From: the human T2T-CHM13v2.0 reference genome, Homo sapiens
DNA: 64,000 nucleotides
Reading direction: 5' to 3' (one strand)
NCBI RefSeq assembly: GCF_009914755.1
Contig: NC_060932.1
In this document: positions 39,999 to 53,437 of the stretch, piece after piece
Layout of the letters: each line of letters starts with the position of its first letter
Position numbering within the stretch: the first letter of the stretch is position 1
Notes under the pieces: generated by a model
The model's input: only the letters and a program-made list of their open reading frames with translations
Database searches by the model: none
What the model was told of the DNA's origin: nothing
Program-made: the position numbers and the translations under genes

Positions 39999-42900
39999 CT
40001 TGCCGAGACCAGCTCGGTCATGGAGACCCTAACCCAGTGGCGCTAGATGAATTAAAGACACACACACACACAGAAATATAGTATGGAGTGGGAAATTAGG
40101 GTTCTCATGGCCTTCAGAGCTGAGAGCCCCAAACACAGATTTACCTACATATTTATTGACAGCAAGCCAGTCATAAGATTTACTGAAAGTATTCCTTATG
40201 GGAAATAAAGGGATGGGCTGAAATAAAGGGATGGGCTCTGGCTAGTTATCTGCAGCATGAACATGTCCTTAAGGCACAGATCGCTCATGCTATTATTTGT
40301 GGTTTCAGAACACCTTAAGCAGTTTTCCACCCTGGATGGGCCAGGTGTTCCTTGCCCTCATTCTGGTAAACTGACAACCTTCCAGCATGGGTGTCAAGGC
40401 CATCATGAGCATGTCACAGTGCTGCAGAAATTTTGTTTATGGACAGTTTTGGCACCAGTTTATGGCCAGATTTGGGGGCCTGTTCCCAACAACCTTGTCC
40501 CTCACATAATCTCTGCTGCTTATAACTCTAGTTATATTCTACATCTGTCTTTAGAAATATCTTGTTTCCTCTCCATAATGTCAATTTTAAGAATGCCACT
40601 CTTTGACCAATGCTTCCTACCCATCTAAATCAACTTCCTTCATGTCTGAGCTCCCAACACTTCTTTGACCTCACTGGGGTTTACAGTCCTTTCAATCTCC
40701 TATAGTCATTCATGTTCTCACTTTCTGTGTCACCCCATTTAGATGTCGTGTTGTGTGATGGTAATTACTCCTTTGCCTATACTCTCAACTACCTTGCCTC
40801 CTTTTCCTCCTCTGCAGACAATTGACTGAGGTTGGAGAAAAATGCTGACTGGCTTTATTTTAAGTTGACAATCACTAACCCCAAGTAAACTTTAGTGCTG
40901 CCTGGCAATCCCGCTCTCTTTTCCAGTATTCATCACTTTCCCACTCTCCTAGATGATTATTTTCCCTTCCCTGCTCTCCACCACCATCTCCATCATTATT
41001 GTTCTCAGCTGGTGACCTTGGTCTCTAATCCACTGAGAAAATGGAATCAACCACTGAGTCTCTACCAGCTCGATGGTATTCTAACACTTGGCTGCTACTG
41101 GGATGAGTGTGGATCAACTATTTGCTTTCCTAGCTAACGCCAAACCCTTCACTTGTCTACCAGACCCTATCCCCCATCATCAACTCAAAAATGCTGCTTC
41201 TGTTTTCTGATTCTTTCTCCTGCTTCAACATGTTTTCCCCACTGTATCAGATTATTCACACTGGCATACAGAAATGTTGGATGTCTTTCAACATTTATTA
41301 AAAACTTCCCTTGATGCCATTTTCCCCTTACCATTAAGTGTGAAGTCAGGTGTAGATACTCTTTACTGCGTTGAGGAAGCTCCCTCTGTTCTTAGTTTCC
41401 TAAGGGTTTTTACGATGAATGGCTGTGGGATTTTGCCAAATGCCTTTTCTGCATCAATAGAGATGATCAATTGATATGACCTTCTCTTTTTTCAATCTTC
41501 CACGTCTTGGCAAATGGCAACTTAATCTCTCCAGCCACTCAAGTTAAAAAACTTTAGTGTCACAGTTGACTTTGGTTTTTCTCCCATGTTCTATGTCCAA
41601 TTTGTTGGCAAAGCCTATTATCTCTAACTTCAAAATATATCCAAGGCTTGTCATGTCTCAGCCACTCCACTGCTACCATCCCAGTCAAAACCACCACCAC
41701 CTCTTGTGTAATGGTATCTATGCCCTATCTCTTTCTTCCATCTGAGTTTCACACTGTCAACTTTTCAATCTGGAAAATTAAGTCTGGAACTCTCAGCAAA
41801 CACTCTTGTTCTACTTTCTTCATTTATATAGCATAAATAAATGTTAGGACTTGTGGCATCTGAAATTTTCACGTGCTTAAAATTCTAAATTTCATAATTT
41901 TCTACTTTAATGGCTTCCTAAAGCAATGTCTCATGGCACACGTTCTTAAAATTCACTTTAAACTAGAACAATCTTTCAGTTGCTCAAATTAATACTTTTA
42001 GTTCAACGACATTGCCTTTCAGTGACAAAGTAAATTTAAAATAATTTAAGTGAAAGCAACAGAGGTTGAGTGAGGTTTTTCATGAATTCATTCACAGTTT
42101 GTGACAGTGCATGATTGTTCTCATGAATTCTGTTCATTCAAGTTTTGGGAAAAGGGTAATGAAAATGCCCTGCAAGGTCAGCCAATCCATTCTCTGTATC
42201 AGGGCAAAATATTTCTCTTCCAAATGAGCCCATCAAGCCTCTGCCATGCTGAGGCATCCATCCTGGATCTCAGCATGGCAGGGATCATTCAGGCTGTGGG
42301 AGCTGTCAGACCTTTTGATCTAAAGGCAGTTAAAAAAAATCCCACAGCAGCCCCACTCAACAAAGGCCATTTGTCTGCTTGACATCAAAATAGTCTAAGT
42401 TACAAGGATTGCAGTTTATCATCTTCATGGAGGGACTTTTTTCCCCTAGTTTGTCATTCCTCCCATCCAGCCATCTTACTAATATATCCAGGGTTTATCT
42501 GAGCATTGTATATTTTTTATTTCTTTGTGCTTAACTTTTCTGATGTTTGACTGCTTCCTTTCACTCATGCTGCGTCAAGAAGGAAGCCTGACTTCCCCTT
42601 TTCTGAGGCTATTAAAACTAAGTGAAAGGCATCTGACGTGGTCCTGCTTTCACTGCTGAGATGATAGCTTTTTTTGGGAAGTAATTTTTAAATTCTGTAA
42701 AGTCTATCATAAAAAAACACCAATTTATGCAACATAGAAAATTAAGAAACATTCTTATTTTGTAATAGTTCTTAACTTTTTAAAGAGAAAAATGAAAATT
42801 CACCATAAACTCAAAATTGTCTTTGTAACTCCCAAAGCCATGCCCCTCCCTCCTCTCTGGAGCATTTATGTAAGTTTAAATGAATCTTTCTAAGTCTTCT

Positions 42901-43059
42901 TTTTGTTCTATTTCTCTGTCTATCTATCAGCAGTAGATATCCTGAAGTGTCTATATTATTTTGCTGATCTTTTTGTTTGTCCCTGTGCCTATACTGTGTT
43001 TTATTACTTAGTTTCCTGTCTTTTCATCCTTCCTTCCTTCCTTTCTTGCTTTCCTTCTC

Positions 43060-43347
43060 TTTCCTTCTTTTCTTTTTCTTTTACTTTTTTTTTCAAGCGT
43101 CTTGCTCTGTCACCCAGGCTGGAGTTGCAGCCTCAACCTCCTGGGCTCAAGCAATCCTCCCACCTCAGCCTCCCAAGTAGCAGGGATTACAGTCCTGCAC
43201 CACCATGCCTAAATAATTTTTGTATTTTTTAAAAGACAGGGTTTCACCATGTTGCCCAGGCTGACCTCAAACTCCTGGGCTCAAGCGATCCACATGCCTT
43301 GGCCTCCCAAAGTGTTAGGTTTATAGGCGTGAGCCACCACACCTGGC
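43060..43347 (-). mobile_element. AluJ-like SINE with internal deletion
   Basis: ctcaagcaatcctcccacctcagcc. Confidence 0.85.
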
Positions 43348-44647
43348 AAGTTTCCTACCTTTTTTTTTTTTTTTTTTAATTTTTCTTGATGTCAAGCAGG
43401 ATAGTTTTTTGTTTGCTTGTTTTCTTTCCAATAACTTAACTATTCTTAGGACTTTATTTTTTAAATAAAATTTTAGAATCTGTCAAGTTCTGCAGAATTT
43501 TGATGGAAATATCACTGATTAAATAGTTTAAATTACCTTCCTAGTCAAGAGCATAACATATCTCATGACTTGCTCAGATCTTTTTGTCCTTCATAATGAT
43601 TAACATCTTCATTTTACTCATAAAATTTTATTTGTTTACTTTTAAAAAACGATTTATGCCCTTTTATAGCAAGTCCCATTTACAGCATTGTTTCTGTAGG
43701 GGAAATTCACCTCAAGTTCCAAACAACCTAGATAAAAAGCAACTTTGGGAATATGTGCTGCATGGAAGCTGGAAATGCTTTACTAGTGATGGTCTACCCA
43801 CTGTGGGCTCTGTTTTGTAGAGGTCATTTTCAGTTCATTCTGCTTTAGAAATTTTTTCTGTTGGTATGTCTCTATATTATATAGATAGCTATTTGCCTGT
43901 GTGGTTATTAGGAGAAGATGAAAGTTTAATTCACTGAAATCTCTCCTTCCTTCCCTTCCTCCTTTCATCATCCCTCCTTTCCCCCTTTTCACCTTCCTCT
44001 TCCAGCCCTTCATCTCCGCTGTAGGCAGGCAGTGGAGCGAAGGCCGCAGGCTCCGTGGAGCCTCACCCCATCATGTCTGACTGCTCAGAGCCCTCCGTGT
44101 TGTTAGGAGCCCAGGACAGTCCCTCCTGAAGCACATGGACTTTCAGAATGAGTTCTCTCTGCTAACAAGGCTTATTCTTTCATCATCAAAATGTTCCTTA
44201 AATTATCCCAGGCCAAAGCCTTAAATATAAAGCCAGCTGGTGCAACTTTATTATAACACGTAGTTTGAATTTAAGCACCTGGATTTGAAATGTTGGAAAA
44301 TAAGTGTGATTGGGTTTTAGTTGTGTATTCATAAACAGTTGGTGAGGTGTTTATGTCTAGGCAGCTCAACCCTAACCCTGGAGAGGGTCATGTGCTTGGC
44401 CTCAGAGATGGAGAGGACAGGGCTCAGTGGCCGCACCTAAGGCAGAGTAGTGTAGCAGGCCCCTTCTGTTGCAGTCGGTCACTGGAGTGCCCTTCCTCTG
44501 GGCCAGTGATGGAGGCTGGGCTTCTTTGGAGACCCACAATCTTTCAGGACCTCCACTTCCTTTCCCTGCCACCTGTGTCCATGTATCTGGAATGGGGAAA
44601 TGGTAAGGAACCCTTTACTGTAACCCTCCAGGAATAGGACAAGAGGT

Positions 44648-44951
44648 TTCTTCTTCTTCTTATTATTATTATTTGAGTCAGAGTTTTGCTATGGTTGCCC
44701 AGGCTGGAGTGCAATGGCGTGATCTCGGCTCACTACAACCTCCGCCTCCCAGGTTCAAGCAGTTCTCCTGCCCCAGCCTCCTGAGTAGCTGGGATTACAG
44801 GCATGCGCCCCACGCCTGGCTAATTTTGTATTTTTATTAGAGACGGGCTCCATGTTGGTCAGGCTGGTCTTGAACTCCTGACCTCAGGTGATCTGTCAGC
44901 CTTGGCCTCCTAAAGTGCTGGGATTACAGGCATGAGCCACGGCGCCCAGCC
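44648..44951 (-). mobile_element. AluS-like SINE
   Basis: Alu dimer flanked by aagaggt. Confidence 0.9.
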
Positions 44952-45501
44952 AAGAGGTGGTATTAAGCTTATTAACATTTAATCATGCTTCATGAATTTG
45001 TCAAAGGCTCACTCATTCAGAGCAAAAATAACTTGTGTATTAGTTTCACCTCTGGACCTAGAAAGCCAGCCCTTAATCAGGTAAGCAGTCTCACATATAC
45101 TTGGCTGACAGCACTGGGTATACATTTGAATCTTCCACTTTGTGAGTAGTTCGTCTCCTATGGCTTGTTATGAAAAAATTAAGTGAAAGAAAAATATCTC
45201 ACAGTCTGCCAAAACTTGGAATTGGTTGGCACAGAAATGCATGATTAAAACATCAAAGTGTAGGTACGTTATGGTTTCAGCTTTTTTTCTTGTATAGACA
45301 CAAGGCTATTATTGTTCATAATGAACACGTAAGACCTTAGCTTTTATTAAATGTGGAAAATAAGGTCAACATTTTTTCTTTAATATACATCTGGCTAATT
45401 ATGTTGAGTTTTACCTTCCAGAATAAGGAGAAAAATATTTCTAAAGAAAGAAACGTAAGAAGCAGCCAGAGTGAGTAGAAAGGCCCAGGGGGTTGCTGTA
45501 A

Positions 45502-46046
<545 letters not shown>

Positions 46047-46149
46047 TAGACCATGTGCTTAGAGGAGAATTCCAGGTCGATTATGGGCCTTAAACTTGAT
46101 TTCCCTGGTTTGCCCAGGCTCTTCATGCCTGTAATGAGAAAACATGTGA

Positions 46150-48050
46150 ATCTGCTTTTCCTATTATGAAATATTCATGTTAATTAAAAGAATACTTATG
46201 GAGTACACTTTAGGTGCAATGTGGGGTGGCAGGTGAGAGAGAGGATTGAGAGATGATCTCTGTGCTCAGGACATAGACATCTATTGGAGGATAAACACAA
46301 TGAGCCGCCCTACCAAGAATAAGAAGAGATATGCCCAAACAGGGCCAAATGCTAATTCTGAGGAAGGACTTACAGAAAGCTTCCAAGAAGGGCCCTGGTG
46401 GGTGGGAGATGAGGAACAGTGACTTCAGACAAAAGGACTAAAGAAATGCAAGGAGGCACAGAAGTTCAAGGCTTCGTCATGGAGTTGTGACAGACAGGTC
46501 CGGCTGGCGGGCCATCTGGGAGCGTAGGTTGAAATAGGCTGGAAAGGCATCTGTGTCTGGACTTTAGCAGGCTTTGAATGCCAAGAAGAGCAGAAGTGAG
46601 AATTTCAGTAAAGACTTTCAAACAGGGGAGTGGCATAACTACATTTTGTGATTAAGGAACTAATTCTGGAGTCAGTGTAAAGGATGGACTGGAGAAGAGA
46701 CAGACTGGAAGCAGAGGACCTGTCAAGAGGCCATTGTTGTCAACAGTGTCGGTGAGAAGCTCTATGGAAACAAAGCAGATACGAACAGGGAAGCAAGCAT
46801 GATCTTTGGAAAAACATGTCAAGGCTGGTAGAAAAAGCTTTGGGCATGGGCATTGGACACCCAGATTCTGCCACTTCCCAGCCATGAGATTAGGGCACAT
46901 CTCTTAAGTTGCTGAAATCAGTTTCTTCATTGGTAAAATGGAAGTGATATCCACCTTATGAGAGAAGTTCTGGGAGAGTGCTTTGTACATTCTAAACTGC
47001 AATACCCATTGTGATATTCTTAAGTTTTTAGAATGTTGAGACTGTCTTATTGAATTATTTAACAGATATTTATTGAGTGCCTTTTGTAGGCTGGGCATTG
47101 TTTTTGCTTTTGGGGACTCAGAAGTGAATAAAACAAGTAAAATGTCCTGTGCTCATGGAACTTATACACCATGGGGGGATAGAACAGAAACAAAAGGTAT
47201 AAAATATATAGCCTGTTGAGAGCAATGAGTGGTTAGGAGAAAAAATAAAGATAAAAATGGGGATACAAAATGATGAGACAGCATGACGAAATTTCACATA
47301 AGGTGTCCTGGGCAGGTCCTTACTGTGACAGACTGGAAGGAAGTGAAGAAGGAAAAGTGCAGATGTCTGGGATAGAGGCTTCAAGAAAGAGGAAACAGGA
47401 AGTGCAAGGTCCTCAGGCAAGAGTGTGCTTGGAGTATTGAGGAATAATAAGAAAATGCGTTTGACTGGAGCAGAGAGCTGAGAAGGCAGATCATGTAGAG
47501 TTTGTGGGATAGAGTAAGTGCTTTGGCTTTCACCTCTGCTGAAAGAAGGAACTTCTGGAGGGTTTTGAGCAGAAGGATGATGAGGTCTGAGGTAGGTTTT
47601 AACTAGATACCTCTGACAGTAAGTTGAGAAGAGATGCAGGAGGTAAACATAAAAAAAAAGAGACCAGTTTGGAAGCTTTAAAAATGATCCAGGGCACATG
47701 TTATGGTGTTTGAACCAGGGTGGTGGCATGGGGGTAGGGTGCGAGAAGTGTCCAGATCCCTGGTGTGTATTGAAGATGAGCTCACAGCATTTGCTGATAA
47801 ACTCCAGATGAAGTGTAAGAGAAAGAAAAGCCAAGAATGACTTCAAGATTAATTGTTCAGGGAAAACTGCAGAGGGAGCTGCGTTGGGTGGGAATCTTAG
47901 CAGCTCCACATTGAATTTATTCTAACTGAGATCCTGAGCGGACATATGTGGCAGGCAGTTGACCACGAGTCTGGAGTTGGGGGAAAGTTCTTGAATGGTG
48001 ATGTAGAATTGAGGGTCATTAGCACAGAGCTACTGAAAGGAGAAGTGAAT
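46150..48050 (-). mobile_element. L2 fragments with a MIR at ~46840-47030
   Basis: aacagatatttattgagtgcc, gagggttttgagcagaagg; MIR core cagtttcttcattggtaaaatgg. Confidence 0.7.
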
Positions 48051-48099
48051 TTAGCCAAAACAGTTTTATTGACCAAGAATATAAATAAAAGTGGTTTTT

Positions 48100-49068
48100 C
48101 AACTCACCAAGATTCTGAATATACAGGCAATGGCCAAACCATATGTAAAAATGAAACCAACCCAATTGTCCCATAGATTTTTTTTATAAACATAGAAATT
48201 GACCATTTTGATCTTACAGCTTGAAACTTACATTTTTTTATCAGAGTTCCTTCCTCAAGAAATGACCTCCCAGGCCTCTCAAAAAGTATCAAAGAACAGA
48301 AACTCACCAGATCATCACATCCAGACAATGAGATGCCAGGTCCCTCATTTATTGTGATTGCTTCTTTAACCCTACCTAGTTCCTGTTTTCTTATACATTG
48401 TTACATTTCTTCCCTGCTATATAAACACCTAATTTTAGTCAGTCAGGGTGACGAATTTGATACTGATCTCCTATCTCTTGGCTGTAGCACCCGATTAAAT
48501 CCTTCTTCCTTGGCAATACTCATTGTCTCAGTGATTGGCTTTCTGTGTGGTGAGCAGCAGGACCTAGACTAAGCCCCTGGTGTTTCAGCAACAAAAATAG
48601 AAGTCTGGCCTATAATCTGTAGCAATCAGCCCAGGAAGCCAGCCTGCTATTATGTCAGATTTATGTAAGTCAGATGACTGTTTCTGGTAACAATCCAGGA
48701 TGCCAAACAATAGTCTCTGTAACCATCAGTCCCAAATGGCAAGAACTTGATGAATAACTGACAGTTTTCCCAATTACTGTGTCTAATTCTAACTTATGAC
48801 CACCCAGAGAAAGCCAAATATTCTCCCCTACCCAATCACATAGGATGACCCTTCTAGTCAGCTGCCTCCAGCTCTCTCAGGCCAATACCTCCACTAAGGG
48901 CACACCTGAAGCTTTCCTTTCCTCCACTATACAGCTTCTCCAACTTTCTGCCTAAATTTGAGTCTCTGCTAAAGCAAGTGATACAAGTGGCTGAATTCCT
49001 TGCTACAGTAAGCTCAGGATAAATAGCCTTTGCTTTTCTCATTTGTTTGGTCTGTATTTATTTCCACA
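48100..49068 (+). mobile_element. MER31/MER67-like LTR with a nested LTR47-like solo LTR (48152-48593)
   Basis: Inner tgaaacc...gcaaca flanked by aaaa; outer LTR resembles 56160-57256. Confidence 0.6.
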
Positions 49069-50104
49069 TCTCCTATAATAGCTGTACGTCACAGAGGAAT
49101 GACCATTCTGGTAAAGAGATTATACAGAATAAACATAGATCTATTTGGGACAACTTGGTGTATTAAATTCCTTCCAAAAAGAACACCCTAATATCCTTAG
49201 AAATCCCCTCCCCTTCCTTTTATGGCTTCCTATATATTTCCCTAAACTATCATAGTTTAAAATGTTTAAACTTATTGTGTGCATCAAAGAACAAGTATAA
49301 TGTTAAATTGGGTCTTTTCTACTATGAAACAGCTGAATACAAGCAATTAATCATATGGTTAAGGAGTTGCCTTAATTTGGGTTATTTGTACAGAAATAAC
49401 TAGAACAGTATGGTCTATTGACTTCATGCTAATAAAGAGTTAAATTTGGCTTGGTCTAAATAATTTCTTAAAAATAGTTTTATCATGACAGAGTATATGT
49501 TTGTTTTTTTGAAACAGATAATTAGGGCAGCATATCTGTTATGAAAAGCTTGTAAATATTACAGTAAAAAATTATGATTAGAAAAGTTACATGGTTCATA
49601 TATTAAACATTTTTTTCCAAATAGTTATCCACATTATTGAACTTTCTTTCATTGTCATTACCTTTCCATCCCAGATTTTAAGATTGTAAAGAAGCTGAGA
49701 TTTTATTGCCACTGAAAAGGATCATGCTTTGAAATCAGAGTGGGACAAAAAAAACCTCCTTATTTGGTTTGAGAAGATTTTGTTAGAGCCTTTGTTTCAC
49801 TAAAGGCAAATAAATCGAGTGAAATAAGGTATATAAAATAATTTTACAAGCTAAATGCTAATAACAATTTATCTCACTGGATCTACAAGTCAGTCCTGTG
49901 AGCTACAGAAGACAGATACTATGATCTCTGCCTCAAGAGGGAGGGGATTGAGAGTGAGAGAAGTTACAAGATTAGCCCAAAGAGAATTTGCCTCTAGTGG
50001 AACAAAGCCTCTAACCCAAATCTCCTGAAACCAAGTAAAGAATATTTTTCTTTGTCCCACTCTGATTTCAAACCATGATCCTTTTCAATGGCAATAAAAT
50101 CTCA

Positions 50105-50525
<421 letters not shown>

Positions 50526-50786
50526 TTATCCTATTCATAACTTTTGGCTATGATATTTGCAATTTATCATCACCGTCAAAAGACAGTGTCTGAAGATTCT
50601 AATTGGCTTTTCTTTCTGATTCTAGAATCAAGCAGTATCTTATTATATGAAACAGAGTAAGTTTCCTGATGAGCTAAAGCAGAGGTGGGTGGCTTTATAG
50701 GCAGAAAGGACTGAAGAAAACATATAAACAATGAAAAGCAGATTGGCCATTTCAGTTACTTTCCCTATAGGGTTAAAACAGAGTGA

Positions 50787-51230
<444 letters not shown>

Positions 51231-51556
51231 TAATTATGTGGCAATCTGCATGAATGACTTTCTTAGTCATTCTCCCATTGACCTGATGAATAGAAACTGG
51301 CTTCTTTCTAGCCATACTAATCTCCTTATCAAAGGATGCTTAGCCACATCCTTAGGTTTGTCTCCTAAACATACATTTTTATTCTTTACATGACCAGGCT
51401 GAGAATTTTCCAAATCTTTATGTTCTGCTTCCTTTTTGAATACTAATTCTGTCTTTAACTTGTTTCTCTCTTCTCACACTTCACAGCAAGCAGTTAAGAA
51501 AAGCCACACAGCATCCTGGACACACTGCTTAGTTATTTCTTCTACCGATGTCCTAT

Positions 51557-52517
51557 TGATGTAGGAGTTAAGAAGAAATTATTTAGGCAGATCTTGAGGG
51601 TATGGGAGTCTTTGGTAAGGTTTTCCTTTTAATGAAAAGCAGCCCCAGAATTGTTTTCTTTTCTAACAAAAAGCAGCCTGTAAAATTGAGCTGCAGCCAT
51701 AGACAAGCAAGCTGGAAGCTTCCACGGGTGAATGCCGGCAGTTGTGTAAATAGGAAAAGGCTACCTGGGACTAGGCATGTTCAAATGGGGCTCCATGTTC
51801 CCCTCTCTTTGCCAGCCACGTGTACAGTAAAGAGCAGACAACATGGCTCTGGCCAAGTGGGAAGCCCATTTGCATAATATTAGGGTGGGGTGGCCAGCCT
51901 TCCCCATAAGCTATGTAAATGTCACAGTTGGTCAAACCAATCTGTGGGCCCTATGTAATCAGACACCGCCTCCTCAAGCCTGTCTATAAAATCCATTGTA
52001 CCCTGTTGCCGGCTGGAATTCCAATTCGGGCACCCCTCTCTTGCAAGGGAGAGCTGTTCTCCTTTCTTTCTTTCTTCTTCTTTTCTTTTCTTTTATTATT
52101 ATTTTTTTGAGATGGAGTCTCGCTCTGTTGCCCAGGCTGGAGTGCAGTGGTGCGATCTTGGCTCACTGCAAGCTCCGCCCCCAAGGTTCACGCCATTCTA
52201 CTGCCTCAGCCTCCTGAGTAGCTGGGCTGCAGGTGCCCTCCACCACGCCCAGCTAATTTTTTTGTATTTTTAGTGGAGACAGGGTTTCCCCATGTTGGCC
52301 AGGATGGTCTTGATCTCCTGACCTTGTGATCTGCCCACCTCGGCCTCCCAAAGTGCTGGGGTTACAGGCGTGAGCCAGTGTGCCAGGCCCTTTCTCTTTC
52401 TTTTGCCTATTAAACCTCCGCTCCTAGACTCACTCTTTGTGTGTGTCTCTATCCTTAATTTTCTTGACACCAGATGATGAACCCCAGGTATTTACCCCAG
52501 ACAACAAGGCCACTTCA
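51557..52517 (+). mobile_element. MER61-like solo LTR containing an AluY-like element (52065-52389, -)
   Basis: tgatgtaggagttaagaagaaatta...gccacttca; near-TSD ctat/ctag. Confidence 0.75.
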
Positions 52518-53133
52518 CTAGTTCATCCGTCTGAAATTCTGCCTTTTACAAAGTGTTAGAACACAGACACAATTCAGCCAAATTCTTTGCCACTTTGTAA
52601 CAAGGATGGTCTTTCCTCCAGTTTACAATAAGATATCCCTCATTTTGAAATATGACTTCATCAGAATGGCCTTTATTGTTTATATTTCTACCAGCATTTT
52701 GATCATGACCACTTAGCTAATCACTAAGACAGAGGCTCTCTCTACAGCTCTCCTCTTCTTCTGAGCCCTCACTAGAATCATCCTTAATTTCCGTTCATGG
52801 AAATATAGGCTTATTCTAGCATGCACTTCAAAACTGTTTCAGCCTCTACCCATTACTCAGTTTCAAAGTCGCGTCCATGTTTTTAGGTATTTGTTACAGA
52901 AATACTCTACTTGTTGGTACCAATTTTTTAGCCCGTTTGTGGTGCTATAAAAGATGTCCAAGACTGGATCATTTATAAAGAACAGAAATTTATTTCTCAT
53001 GGTTCTGGAGTTGGGGCATCCAAGATCAAGGTGCTGGCAATGGTTTATGGAGAGGGCTGCTCTCTGCTTCCAAGACAGCATATGGCAGAAAGCAGAAGGG
53101 CAAGAGACCAAATGCTGTGTGAAGCCTCTTTTA

Positions 53134-53437
53134 TTTATTTATTTTACTTTAAGTTCCGCAATACCTGTGCACAATGTGCATGTTTGTCACATAGATATAC
53201 ATGTGCCATGGTGGTTTGCTACACCTATCAACCCATCATCTAGGTTTTAAGCCCCGCATGCATTAGGTATTTGTCCTAATGCTCTCCCTCCCCTTCCCAC
53301 CAACCCCCCAACAGGCCCTGGTGTGTGTTGTTCCCCTCCCTGTGTCCATGTGTTCTCATTTTTCAGCTCTCACTTATGAGTGAGAACATTCGGTGTTTGT
53401 TTTTCTGTTCCTATGTTAGTTTGCTGAGAATGATGGG
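53134..53437 (-). mobile_element. L1PA 3' fragment
   Basis: L1PA 3' UTR; TSD gaagcctcttttat. Confidence 0.88.

Larger units (their letters stand above)
36286..40491 (-). mobile_element. HERV-K(HML-3)/HERVK9 provirus with MER9 LTRs, internally deleted (4.2 kb)
   Basis: LTRs 40001-40491 and 36286-36774 (tgttgggaacagg...ggca); 6-bp TSD accttg; tRNA-Lys PBS; PPT; betaretroviral gag, dUTPase, protease, RNase H and integrase motifs. Confidence 0.95.
35771..41750 (+). mobile_element. Long decayed L2 hosting the HML-3 provirus and an L1 fragment (~41320-41480); probably also spans the RNF2 insertion site
   Basis: C/T-rich L2 ORF2-like sequence continuous across the HML-3 TSD; aatggcaacttaatctctccagccactcaag motif near 41515. 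Confidence 0.5.

Noticed and set aside
39960-40000. tRNA-like sequence ggttcgagccccc
   Set aside because: It is the HML-3 primer binding site, not a tRNA gene.
47118-47909. 263-aa minus-strand ORF
   Set aside because: It lies in a decayed L2 whose pyrimidine-rich strand is poor in stop codons; non-ATG start and no recognisable domain.
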